DNA of 64,000 nt from Camelus ferus (taxonomy: Eukaryota). The notes under the pieces are model-generated. The model saw nothing but the letters and a program-made list of their open reading frames with translations. It was not told where the DNA came from and searched no databases. Shown one piece after another: positions 53,181 through 64,000 of the stretch; positions within the stretch are counted from its first letter, which is position 1, and the number at the start of each line of letters is the position of its first letter. The stretch lies in contig NC_045697.1 of the NCBI RefSeq assembly GCF_009834535.1, forward strand, positions 70,310,001 to 70,374,000, read 5' to 3'. The position numbers were made by a program, and so were the translations under genes.

Positions 53181-56100
53181 CAAGATTTTAAACGAGTAAC
53201 CATTCAAACGCTGAATGTGATAGGGCTTCTGGGATCTCATTACATGGGAAGGAAAGTGGGAGCTCAGAGAAAGGCAGCATGAAGAGCCCAGGGGGTCTCT
53301 AACCTAAAGCCAGAAAGACAAGGAGGGATTCACCAAGCAGAGGGCTGGCAGAGGGCAGTGGCAAGAGAATGTTCCCAGCACCACCCAGGCAGAGGCGGGC
53401 TGGTGCCCAGCAGACAGGAGAGGACCGGCATTTAGGGGTCAGGTGGGTTGGGTGGGAGTTAGCCCCGGTGAGGTCTGGCCTTAGCCTTAGAAGGGGCCTG
53501 GAAACCAGAAAAAAATTTGCTTTTTTTTATTCCAAGAGCTGTTGGAAGGCAGTTAAGGTTTTTAACCTGGGAATGATAAGATTGGCTGCAGAGTGGGGAG
53601 TTCATTCCAAAAGGCAGCTAATTTTTGAGCGCAGTCTGATTACGTCACTCTTGTTTTAAAAGTTTTGGTGACTTAATGCCATCAGAATGATATCTAAATT
53701 TTTAATGAGATGTGCAAGGCCCCGCCTGAACTAATTTCTGCTACTTTTCCAGGCTCATCCTCGTTTCACTGCCCTCACCTCACCTCCCCCGACCTCTGCT
53801 CACACCACACTCCTCCGGCTCTAGCCTTTCATGCTTCAGTAACCTTAACCTAGTAAATAATTGTCAGCGTTTGCACTGTGATCCAGTAAACATACATGCA
53901 CACATGTGCATAATATAACCGATAAAAATGTTATGGAAAAATGGAAGATACACACTAATATTTCCCTTCTTTTTTTCTTTTTTTTAATAATGTGGATTAA
54001 TATGCATTACCCAGCTAATTTTATGACCCCTAGTTCCTCCGTGAGCCAGGTTCTCCCTCTTCTTGTGGGACTTCACTTCCTTCTGAGTAAAGCGTTCTCT
54101 CTTACTCCGTTTGTTCCCTGGGGCTGTCCTACTCTGCCTTTCCCATCTCAACTTGCCCAGGGAATCTTGGCTGACTGAAGTCCAGCTCCCGAAGTCTTTC
54201 TTAGACCTCTCATGGCCCCCTCTCTGCCTGCTCTTCTTCCCTCCTTCCGTTCCTTTCTTTTCACAAATATTTAATGAACGCCTACTGGATGCTTGGCACT
54301 GTTTTAGGCATGGGGCGGGGGCGGCCTCACACCCTCTGAACTCAGCAGGAGTCCCACATTTGGCTGAATCATTTTCTTTTTAACAAGGAACCCCACAGTT
54401 TCATTTTGCACTGGGCCTCACAAATGATGTAGCCATTCCTGCATGGGGGTAACGAACAAAACAGACCCAAATCCCTACCCTCTGAGAGTTCACGTTCTAG
54501 TGCCCACTAGGAACTGACTTTCTACCTTAGCAGTTGTCACTGCCTCGTGTTTGCCTATTTACCTGTCTGTTGTCCCAACTAGACGTAGGCTCCTTGAGGG
54601 TGAATACTCTTTCCCACCACTCTCTCCAGCACAAGTCACACTGCCTGGCACCTTGCATACATGGAAAAATTTATGTAGAACAAATTAATGAACATGCATC
54701 TTGCGCCCAACCTTTGTCCCATAATTCATGGTTCTCCTGATCAAGATTATCTTTGGTATTTCTTTAAAAAAAATTTTTAACAATGTTTTCATTTAATCTG
54801 ATATGCATAAAATATCATAATTTCTATTACAATATGCAAAATATGAGACAATTTACAGTCCTTTTTCCATACAAAATCTTTGAAATCCAGTGTGTGCTTT
54901 ACATATGTAGCACATAGTTGATAATCCTTTGATAAGAGTTCCTTTGTATTAAAGCTCCTTCACTGGCTGTTTGCACATCAGCTCTGATGTGATGACTTCA
55001 GAAGAGTTAAAATTGGGAGTACATTAGTGAGCTTCATTTACATTTATGAGTATGAAGATTTCACCAGGCAGATGATTTAAGCCAAGATTTGGAATCCAAG
55101 GATCATTTTCAAAGTGAGCAGAGGACCTTTAAAAATGTGTTTTTGAGCTGATTAATGACTTCGATTGGAAATAGGATGAGGGCAGAGGAAGAGCATCCAG
55201 GGTGGAGAACTCAAGGGAAACTGAGGTGGAAAGCTTGCCATAGACTTTTGAATTCCCTTTAAGATATAACTTAGTTACTTTATAATTTACTTGTAATAAT
55301 ATTGGTTCAAACTTTAAGACAGAGGTATAAGAGGCATGGAATCTTTAAGGTGTCATCATCATAAATTGGGCATGGAAAACACTCGAGGAAACCAATTTTA
55401 GTCGAAGAATTCTAGTATTTAGGAGTTTTTGTTTGTTTCTAGATCTAATTCTAAGAATAGTACCCAGGTTATATTCAACCACTCGAAGCTTCGTATATCT
55501 TAAAACACTTTTAAGGGCTTTTAAGGATCCTTGAAAGACATGGCTTATCCTTATCGCTTACCTTTTACTGCCATCCTGTGGCCATTTCATTCTCTGGATA
55601 AAAATCCACTTGCAAAACCTATTTTCTATCTTTATCACAGATTCTGGTTTATATTTTATCAGTCCTCAATGAACGTAGCTAAACTATAACACACATAGTA
55701 GCATTCTGCTGCATTAAGATGTTCCATCATGCAGTACAATAGAATCATTACGGAATTTCAATGCTGAGTGAGAGTCCATGCAATGTTTTTCCAAAGGGCT
55801 CTCTTCAGACATCGCCATGTTTCTTTCCACCCCTCTTTCCTGCCCTGGTTTTCAGTGGATGCTTGGTAGCAGTTTGATGTAGTCCCAAGGACACAGTCCC
55901 TGTCTCTATTTGAAATGCACATACATTCTCCTGGAATCCAGGTTTGAATTTCCTTTCTTGGATATCCCATATTCTGATTATGTAGACTTCTACTAAGTAA
56001 CAGTGCCCTAAATCAATTTGCTCAAAGTCATATAGTTTGAGTCAAGATCCAGAAAAACTAATATATATGTGTAATAATTATCAATTCCTTCTAAATCAGA

Positions 56101-56577
56101 GCTGTTTAAAGAATCGCAGACTGCGGAATGAGCAGTCTGTCACCTCATCTTCGGGGTCTCTGGGTCTGACCGCCTCCTTTGCCTCTCTGCACGGGGATCC
56201 TGTCCCAGGAGCTAACAGCGCCTTTGTCCTTGAGCCATGAGATTGATTTTCTCCTCCTCCTTTAAAGTGTCTTGACTTTCCCTAAAGATTTGGACTCTCT
56301 GGCTTGAAACCTTTCACTGTAACTTTTTTTTATTTCCAACTTTTAATTGTAAAACTTATCACATAGAGTAGTAGGTATTTTGTACAATTTGATAATGTTA
56401 ATAAAATGAATGCTTGTGTCCCCACCACCTGTCTTAAGAAAAAGAACATTCCAGTGCCTTAGATGTGCCCTGTGTGCCCCTCCTTAATGCTTTCCCCTCC
56501 CCACTACCCACCAGAGGACACCAGTACCTTGAATTTTGTGTGAGATGTTCCCTTGCTCATCAGTGTAGTTTTGCCAG

Positions 56578-57413
56578 TATGTCAGTCAGGGTTTCGTCAA
56601 GAGGCAGATCCACTGTGAGTGATGTGGCGTAAAGGTCTCTTATAGGAATTTCAACTTTTCAGTGCCAATCTTCAAGGGGCCTTGGGAGAAATGGAGGAAA
56701 AACCACTAAGCAGCCTCCTGAGGCACTGTGGGCCTGGGCAAGCTAGACCGCCAGAAAATCTAAGGATCCAAGATGTCCACCAGCCATAGCGTGGGGCCAC
56801 AGAAAGAGGGCTGGAGGCCATTAGGGAAGTGACTGCCTCTGCATAGCTGCCCCTCTGTGGGGCCACAACCCACTGTCTGCCATGGTTCCCACATGAGCAG
56901 TGAGAAAGAAGGGCTGGGGGCTGAAGAGAGGAGAGCAAGTGTAAGTTGGGACTCCTTCGTCCCTCTGCTCTGTCCATCACCACATCTGACTGCCTACACA
57001 TGTCTATATACAATAGAATACTACTCAGCCATAAAAAAGAAAGAAAGTTTTGCCATTTGCTGCAGCATGGATGGACTTGGGAGACATGCTAAGAGAAATA
57101 AGTCAGAGAAAGACAAAATACTGTATGATAGCACTTATATGTGGAATCTAAACAATACAGCAAATGAGTGAATATAACAAAAAAGAAGTGGACTCACAGA
57201 TAGTGGTTCCCAGCGGGGGAGAGGGGCAATATAGGGAACAGGGAGTGGGAGATACCAACTATTGGGTACAAGATTGGCTACAAGCATGTATTGTATACAC
57301 AGAGAATATAGCCAATATTTTGTAATAACTGTAAATGGAGTATAACTTTAAAAATTGTATACAAAATAACTCAAAGTGGCTGGAAATAAACTTTATAAGA
57401 AACATTAAGAAAC

Positions 57414-57508
<95 letters not shown>

Positions 57509-57701
57509 GAGAAGAAAGAAAGAAAGAGAAGAAAGGAAAGAAAGAAAAGGAAGAAAAGAAAGAAAAGAAAGAAAATGGGTTGCTGCTTTACTTCTACCTC
57601 CAACATTTTGCTCAAGTGCCTCTTTTAGCCAAGTCTAACCTTAAGCCATACAAGGAAGGGAACTCTGTGATTTGTAGTTTCTAGCTTAGTCAAATTGGCA
57701 A
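56578..57701 (-). mobile_element. ERVL-like LTR split by an L1 insertion
   Basis: LTR-like halves at 56578-57000 and 57575-57701, ending ...ggcaaca. Confidence 0.45.
57005..57575 (+). mobile_element. Artiodactyl-type L1 3' end with (GAAA)n tail
   Basis: caatagaatactactcagccataaaaaag...atggatggacttgg...gccaatattttgtaataact; tail expanded into (GAAA)n at ~57410-57575. Confidence 0.88.
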
Positions 57702-57769
57702 CAGAAGAAAACAGCTCTGCCCCCTAGGAGTGACTCCTAAGACAATACACTGTTTAGTTTGGGCTATAC

Positions 57770-58985
57770 CTTATCGTAATAGGAATCACGCCGTATTTTT
57801 TTTCTATGACTTCCTTTGTCTTTGTTTTGTTATTGTTGTTAACATCATTTATGAAATTCCTTTCTGTTGAGTCTCTCACTTTTAACTACTATATATAGAA
57901 TTTCAAAATATGAAAATATAACTTATTTATCCACCTAAATATTATTAGCTGTTTATTTTCTCCTCTAGACTTTGCTCTTATAAGATGGTTCTGTGAATAT
58001 TGTATGCGTTTCCTGGTGACTTTCTCCAGCGCATACACCTAGGAAGGGAATTGCTGAGCTAGAGAGTGTGACACTGGCAGCTTTATTACGTTTTGTCAAA
58101 TTGTTTTCCAAAAGGGTTGTGCTTCCACTGGTAGTGTATGAGTGTCTCTGATGCCGAATGCCTTCATCATGAAGACATCTGGCTTGTCAGATACTTTGAT
58201 ATTTGCAAAATCAGGGAGGCGTAAAATGCCATCTGATTCTGATTCCAATTTCTTCCCCTAATGACGAGTGAGTCTGGACATCTTTTTATATATTTATTCA
58301 TCATAAGTATTTCCTCTTCTCTTAAATACCCATTTGTGTCTTTTGTCATTTTTTTCTTTGTAGTAGTTGTTCATAAATTCTAGATAACTATCTTTTATTG
58401 GTTACTTGCGTTGCAAAAATTCTTTCCCAGTTTGTGGCTCATAACCAGTTTGAGCCACTTCTGCCTTGCTGTTCTATTCCATTCATTTATATTATGATCC
58501 TTCTCCCATTTCCATACTGGCTTGCCTTGTGCTCTTTGTAGTGTCTTTTGATGAACAGAAGGCTCACATTTGACTATAGTCAAGTGTGGCCTTCTCCTCC
58601 CACCTATGGTAGCTTTGGGTCTTACGTAAGGGATCCTTCTTTTCTTCCAGATCGTAAAGATACTCTTCATTGCCTTTTGGAATTGTTTTGGTTTTGCCTT
58701 TCACACTGAAGTCTTTAGTCCTCAATTTTCTACAGATACATAATACATACTCACTTATAATTGAGTTTCAGTGCATGTGTGGGTTTGTTTCTGGCTTCTA
58801 GTCTGTTCTGTTGGTCTTGACATCTGCAAGGCAAGTGTCCCCATCTTAGTGGGGGTTTTTTTTAGCATTGTTTTAGCTCTTCTTATATAGAAAAACTACT
58901 TACATTTTTGTGTACATTTTAGACTCAAATTATCAAGTTCCCCCCAAAACTCTAGGGATTTTGACTAGAATTGGGGGAAACTGAA
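57770..58985 (-). mobile_element. Old L1 (L1ME-like) fragment
   Basis: Minus-strand peptide MMNKYIKRCPDSLVIRG resembles the ORF2 C-terminal region. Confidence 0.65.
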
Positions 58986-59089
58986 ATCTTTACAAGCTGC
59001 TAATTTGTTCTTACTAAGTCTGTTCTTCCTACTCACAAGACACTTCCCCTTCTCTGCGGCTGGTGTGGGCTGTGTGTGGTAGAGTTCCT

Positions 59090-59585
59090 GCACACTGGCT
59101 GCTGCTGTTCCCTATGCTCTATCCATCCTCTTTGCAATGTAACTATGCCACTTCTCCTTTCAATAGGTAAAGTTTATTTCTCCACCCTTGGAATATGGGC
59201 TGGCCTTATGCTTGCTTTGCCTAATAGAATGCAGTGGATATGATCCTGTGTCAGTTCACAGACTAGATCTCAGTAGATCATCATTCTTTCTTAGATTTTT
59301 GCTGCTTACTGAGAACAAGCGCAGGCTAGCCTGCTGGATAGTGAGAGACACATGGTTAGTCACCTCACCTCTTCATTTGGCAGTCAGCCGACCTCAGTAG
59401 CAAAACTGCCTAGTTGACCTGCAGTTGACCAACGATGCATGAGAGAGTCCGGCAGAGGCCAGAAGAGCTACCCAACTGAGTCTAGTTTGAATTGTCAACC
59501 CATGGAATAATGAGCTGGATGAAATGGTTGTTGCTTTCAGACACTGAATTTTGGGGGTGAACAGTTTCTCAGAAATAACTAATGA
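59090..59585 (+). mobile_element. MaLR LTR (older MLT1 type)
   Basis: ccacccttggaatatgggctggcc...ccaactgagtctagt...ttgttgctttcagacactgaattttgggg. Confidence 0.7.
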
Positions 59586-60196
59586 ATACCAGGTGACCAA
59601 GTTTTCACCCACAGAATATGAGCAGAAGCGACACGTACACATGTCACTAGCTTTCCCCTTTCAAGAGGCTGATATGGAGATCACCTCACATGGACCAGGC
59701 AGATGTGGGCAGGACTCCAGGATAGCTGGTCTCAGGGTGTGGCCAGCAGACTCCTGCAAGTCTCCAAGACACGCTTGAGGGTCTGAGAGGTCAAAACTAT
59801 TTTACTAATAACGTTAAGTTGTTATTTGTCTTTTTCCCCATGTTGGCATTGACACTGATGATGCAAAGCCAATGGTGGATAAAGCTGCTGTCACAGACAG
59901 GCAGTTTGCTGTACTGTACCAGCAATCATTCAGCTTCTCAGCACCCTCTGGCTGTGAAGTGCCAGTGTCACTTAAGTTTGTCCTTGAGGAAGCAGTAAAA
60001 ATGATTAATTTTGTTAAATCTTAATCCTTGGGTACAATCACTTTAATAATCTCTGCGACAACATGGCAAGTACACATAACACCTTTCTGCTGAACACCTA
60101 AGCTCGGTGGTCTCAGAACTCCTGTGCAACTGAATGGCTGAGCTTGTTCTTTTTTTCCTTTCCTTTTTCTTTTCCCTTTTTCCCCCCTTTCTCTTA

Positions 60197-60197
60197 T

Positions 60198-60245
<48 letters not shown>
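60197..60245. repeat. (TG)n microsatellite
   Basis: Directly visible. Confidence 0.95.
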
Positions 60246-60247
<2 letters not shown>

Positions 60248-60334
60248 CAGCATTTCTACTTGAATGGGTAGACAGAAAAACTATGGTAATTTAGACTAGG
60301 GAATTTTGGCAGACATTTGTTTGTATTCTTTTCT

Positions 60335-60810
60335 GATAGGTCAGATGCGGTCACAGAGAAGACAGTGGAGAGGCTCAGGGAAAAACAAACTAATTATACT
60401 CATAGGCCCTCGAAACATGGGGCACACCAGGCAGAGCCACATGGGAAAGCCAGCAGGATGGTCAGGAGGCAGAATACAGGAGCCAGGGAAGGGCTTAGAT
60501 CATGGCTTTCATCAAGGTGTCCATGGAAAAAAGCAGGCAGGGCAGGGGAAAGACTGGCTAGTTTGAATGACTTTGAGGAGTCTGGGGCTGTGGGGATGGT
60601 CCCTCATTGCGTGGCACCTCGCCTGGGATTTTTAAGGCAGAGGAATATTTCCTCCTGGCATACACAGATCAGACAGAGGAGGCGTGGCTCCAGACGGAGG
60701 CCTGCTGCTGGCTGGGGACTTTGCTGTCCCTGAGAAATGTCCAGCCCCAGAAGGGGCAGTCTCTCTCCAGCCAGAAAAGTTTTTTAAGATGTTGCAACAT
60801 CTAAACATAC
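60335..60810 (-). mobile_element. ERVL solo LTR (MER74/MER54-like)
   Basis: Minus-strand catcttaaaaaacttttctggctggagagagactgcccc. Confidence 0.65.
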
Positions 60811-61140
60811 AGCAAATCAAAAATATTTACAATACAACTTTAAAAAAATGAACATAATTAGCCAATGATACATTTGAGTGTTCAAGCAAAATAAGAATTT
60901 TGGAAAACTTGTATTCTACTACCATGAACTCCACAGCTTTCCAACACTTAAAGACTTTTTCTGATGGTGTTGGCAGTGTATTCATTAATATGTTTTTAAA
61001 ATATTGCATAATGAATTGTGTCAATGTTTGGAAAACCTGCTTTAATTCAGTGAACCAGTATTTTCCATTCCTAGTGTATGCTGTTACAAAATCTTGCGTA
61101 GTCAAAAGACTCATTCAAGTCGCAAGACAGACCAATGGAT

Positions 61141-61381
61141 TTTTTTTTATTTAAACATTTTTTAATTGAGTTATAGTCATTTTACAATGTTGTGTCAAAT
61201 TCCAGTGTAGAGCACAATTTTTCAGTTATACATGAACATACATATATTTATTGTCACATTTTTTTCACTGTGAGCCACCGCAAGATCTTGTATATATTTC
61301 CCTGTGCTATACAGTATAATCTTGTTTATCTATTCTACATATACCTGTCAGTATCTACGAATTTTGAACTCCCAGTCTAAA
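61141..61381 (-). mobile_element. Young 5'-truncated L1 with a perfect TSD
   Basis: TSD acagaccaatggatttt at 61127 and 61382; TT/AAAA endonuclease site on the minus strand. Confidence 0.9.
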
Positions 61382-61914
61382 ACAGACCAATGGATTTTAA
61401 TGTAACAGAATATGAAAAGTTCTTTAATATCAGGTTTCAGGTTCTATCCTTCACATAATCTTTAAGAAACTATCGCTTGTCAAGTTTTAGGATAATATCA
61501 AACAAGAATAGGCCCAAATATCTAAAAAGGCTACTAAAATAACCCTCCCTTTTTCAAATACAGTTCTGTGTGAGACTGGATTTTATTTGTCTATTTTAAT
61601 GAAGATAACATAGTGCAACAGATTGCATACAGAAGGAGATATGAGAATCCAGTGGACTTCTGTTAACCCAGATATTAAAGAGATTTTCAAAAACTGAACA
61701 ATTCCACTTTTCTGATTAAATTTTTGTCTTAGTAAATAGAGTTTTCCCCTGGCAATATATGACTTATGTTTACGTATAAATGGGCTGATTATTGTTGTCT
61801 TTAAGTGAATGAATAATATTATACAAATTCCTGTTTTAATTTTTAATGTAATGAATATTGAGAATTACATAGCCCATAAAATGCAAAGCTCTCTGGAGTC
61901 CTCAAGAATTTTCT

Positions 61915-62900
61915 TTTTTACACTTTATTTTTCAGAGCAGTTTTAGATTCACAGCAAACTGGGCTGTGAATCCAGTGAGTTCCCATGTGCTCGCTGCCTT
62001 CACACATGCACGGCCTCCTCCACTGTCAACGTCTTGAACAGGGTGGTTCATTTGTTTTAATCCATGAACCTACACTGACACATTGTAATCATCCAAAGAC
62101 TTTTTTCATTAAGGCTTATTCTTGGTGGTGTACATTCTACAGGCTTTGATAAATGTATAATGACACATACCCGCCATTGCAGTATCACGTAGAATAGCTT
62201 CACTGTCTTAAGCTGCCTCTGCTTTGTCTATTTACCCCTCTCTCCCCACTAACCCCTAGAAACCACTGATCTCTTTACTGTCTTAATAGTTTTGCCTTTT
62301 CCAGAATGTCATATAGTTGGTAATTAGGTTCATTTATTTATTTACTTTTGATGGAAGTACTGGGGATTGAACCCAGGACCTCGTGCTTGCTAAGCACACA
62401 CTCTACCATTGAGCTACACCCTCCCCCACAGAATGTCATATAGTTGGAACAGTACAGTATGTAGCCTTTTTAGATTGGCATTTGTCAGTTAGAAATGTAT
62501 TTAACTTTCCTTCAAGTCTTTTCATGGCCTGAGAGCTCCTTTGCTTTTAGTGCTGAATAATATTCCATTGTCTGGATGGACCACAATTTCTTTATCCATT
62601 CACATACCAAAGGACATCTTGGTTCCTTCCAGGTTGGCTTTTGATTAAAGCTGCTATAAATTTAAAGCTGCTATAAATACGTGTGTGCAGGTTTTTGTGT
62701 AGACATAAGTTTTCAACTTATTTAAGTAAATACCGAGGAGCTGAATTGTATAGTAAGAGTGTGTTTAGTTTTTTTTAGGAAACTTCCAATCTATCTTCCA
62801 AAGTGGCTGCACCATTTTTGCATTCCCACCTGGAATAAACGAGAGTTCCTGTTGCTTCACATCCTAGCCAGCATTGCTGCTGTCAGTGTTTTGAATTTTT
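61915..62900 (-). mobile_element. L1MC-like 3' fragment
   Basis: Same 3' terminus type as the 5590 element (agagcagttttagattcacagcaaa). Confidence 0.85.
62321..62428 (-). mobile_element. Vic-1-type SINE with 19-bp TSD
   Basis: TSD cagaatgtcatatagttgg at 62302-62320 and 62429-62447. Confidence 0.92.
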
Positions 62901-64000
62901 ATGAGTTCTCCACAATTTTTAAGTATAATTTTTAAGTATATAAAGAGGATGTGGGACAACAGGTTTGAGAACGACTGCCCTAGAGCATCTCGAGCATCAA
63001 GGTGGCAGGAACCTGAGTCCTAAATTAGTTAATCAAGCAAAGTAGCCTCTGCAGTTCAGAAAAGCCAAGCTTCAGTCTTACTTAATCTATCATATTTTAG
63101 GTCTCTCTGTTACAGATGACTGCACAAGTCCTACTAGAATGGGACTCTTCATGCCTTGGCTTCAGTTGAGGCACAAATATAATAAGTATTGATAGAAAAA
63201 CTGAGTGCGAAGCAAATCTGTAAATGAAGAGTTGAGTAAGAGAAATCTCTGAGAACCAGTTCCCTGACTTAGCAGATCAAGGATATAAAAAGTATTGAGA
63301 GTAGGAGAAGAGAGAGGAGATTGCCAAAGAAATTTATTTAGAGAGAAGTATTTTCATGATCTGAGACTGCATCACCTGCCTTTGAAAGACGATGGCAGGG
63401 ATTTCCCATCCTAACCCAAGCTTAGAAAAACAGGGTGGCTCCTGGAAGGCTTTGGGATGTGTTTGCTTAAGTTGTGAGACGTAGCGGATGGTGCCCGTCC
63501 CCTGTCCGAGAAGCTGCTGCTTTTTTTTTTTTTTTAATTAGGAGTGTACTATTTGTTTCTCTTTGGTTTCTTAACACAAAAGACATGCATTCTATAAATA
63601 AAAGGAATTAAGTTTTCCTGGGAAACAATAAACTGGGGTGGAGGGAGGATCAGAATTCCTACATACTCACATCTCTGTGGCCTTAAGTTAGAGACATGGT
63701 GGATGTGCGTGTCCCTTGTTTGAGAATCTAGAAGGATCTGTGCTCTGGGATTTGATTCTTACCAAGAAGGTGTCGAGGGAGAGATCAGGGCTGATGACTC
63801 ACTGTGATGGTTGCTGCTGCTTTGGGATCGGCCTGCCTCCGAGATACTGTTGGGGCGGGGTGCATGAGTGTCTCCCCAGATGTGGGCTGCACGGGAGCAA
63901 TCCAGTGTGAGTTCTACAGCTGTCCAATAGGCCTCCCAGCGTGGGGACGAGTCCTCAGCAGAAGGAGCCTGGAGGTGCACCTGAGAAAAGATGTGTAGGT

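Larger units (their letters stand above)
59723..62977 (+). mobile_element. Charlie1-like hAT DNA transposon fossil hosting nested insertions
   Basis: 5' gaggtcaaaactattttactaataa; 3' gtttgagaacgactg followed by ccctagag, similar to the hAT target consensus. Confidence 0.75.

Noticed and set aside
55562..55593. 32-nt minus-strand micro-exon-like segment
   Set aside because: Joining it to the 63763 donor creates an immediate TGA, and there is no other support.
57259..57628. ORFs rich in KKER or FLSF repeats
   Set aside because: Translation of the (GAAA)n L1 tail.

Overview
AT-rich, repeat-dense mammalian genomic DNA, most likely from a camelid: it has four tRNA-derived Vic-1-type SINEs and artiodactyl-type L1 3' ends. 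The main result is a spliced plus-strand gene that the ORF track misses. Six coding exons (13112-13163, 20960-21315, 34434-34575, 34734-34779, 38202-38288, 39530-39662) have GT-AG introns with matching phases and join into one uninterrupted 816-nt ORF (271 aa). The protein has a basic, disordered N-terminus, one hydrophobic helix and two Sel1-like repeats, and I cannot assign it to any named Sel1-repeat gene I know. Its 5' end also carries an overlapping 112-aa out-of-frame ORF. The rest of the window is mostly old L1/L2/MIR fragments, solo LTRs, DNA-transposon fossils and microsatellites, with several informative insertions: a twin-primed L1, a retrocopied LTR R-region and a tailless SINE. 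Repeat family names are from recalled consensus features, not a database search, and old-repeat boundaries are approximate.
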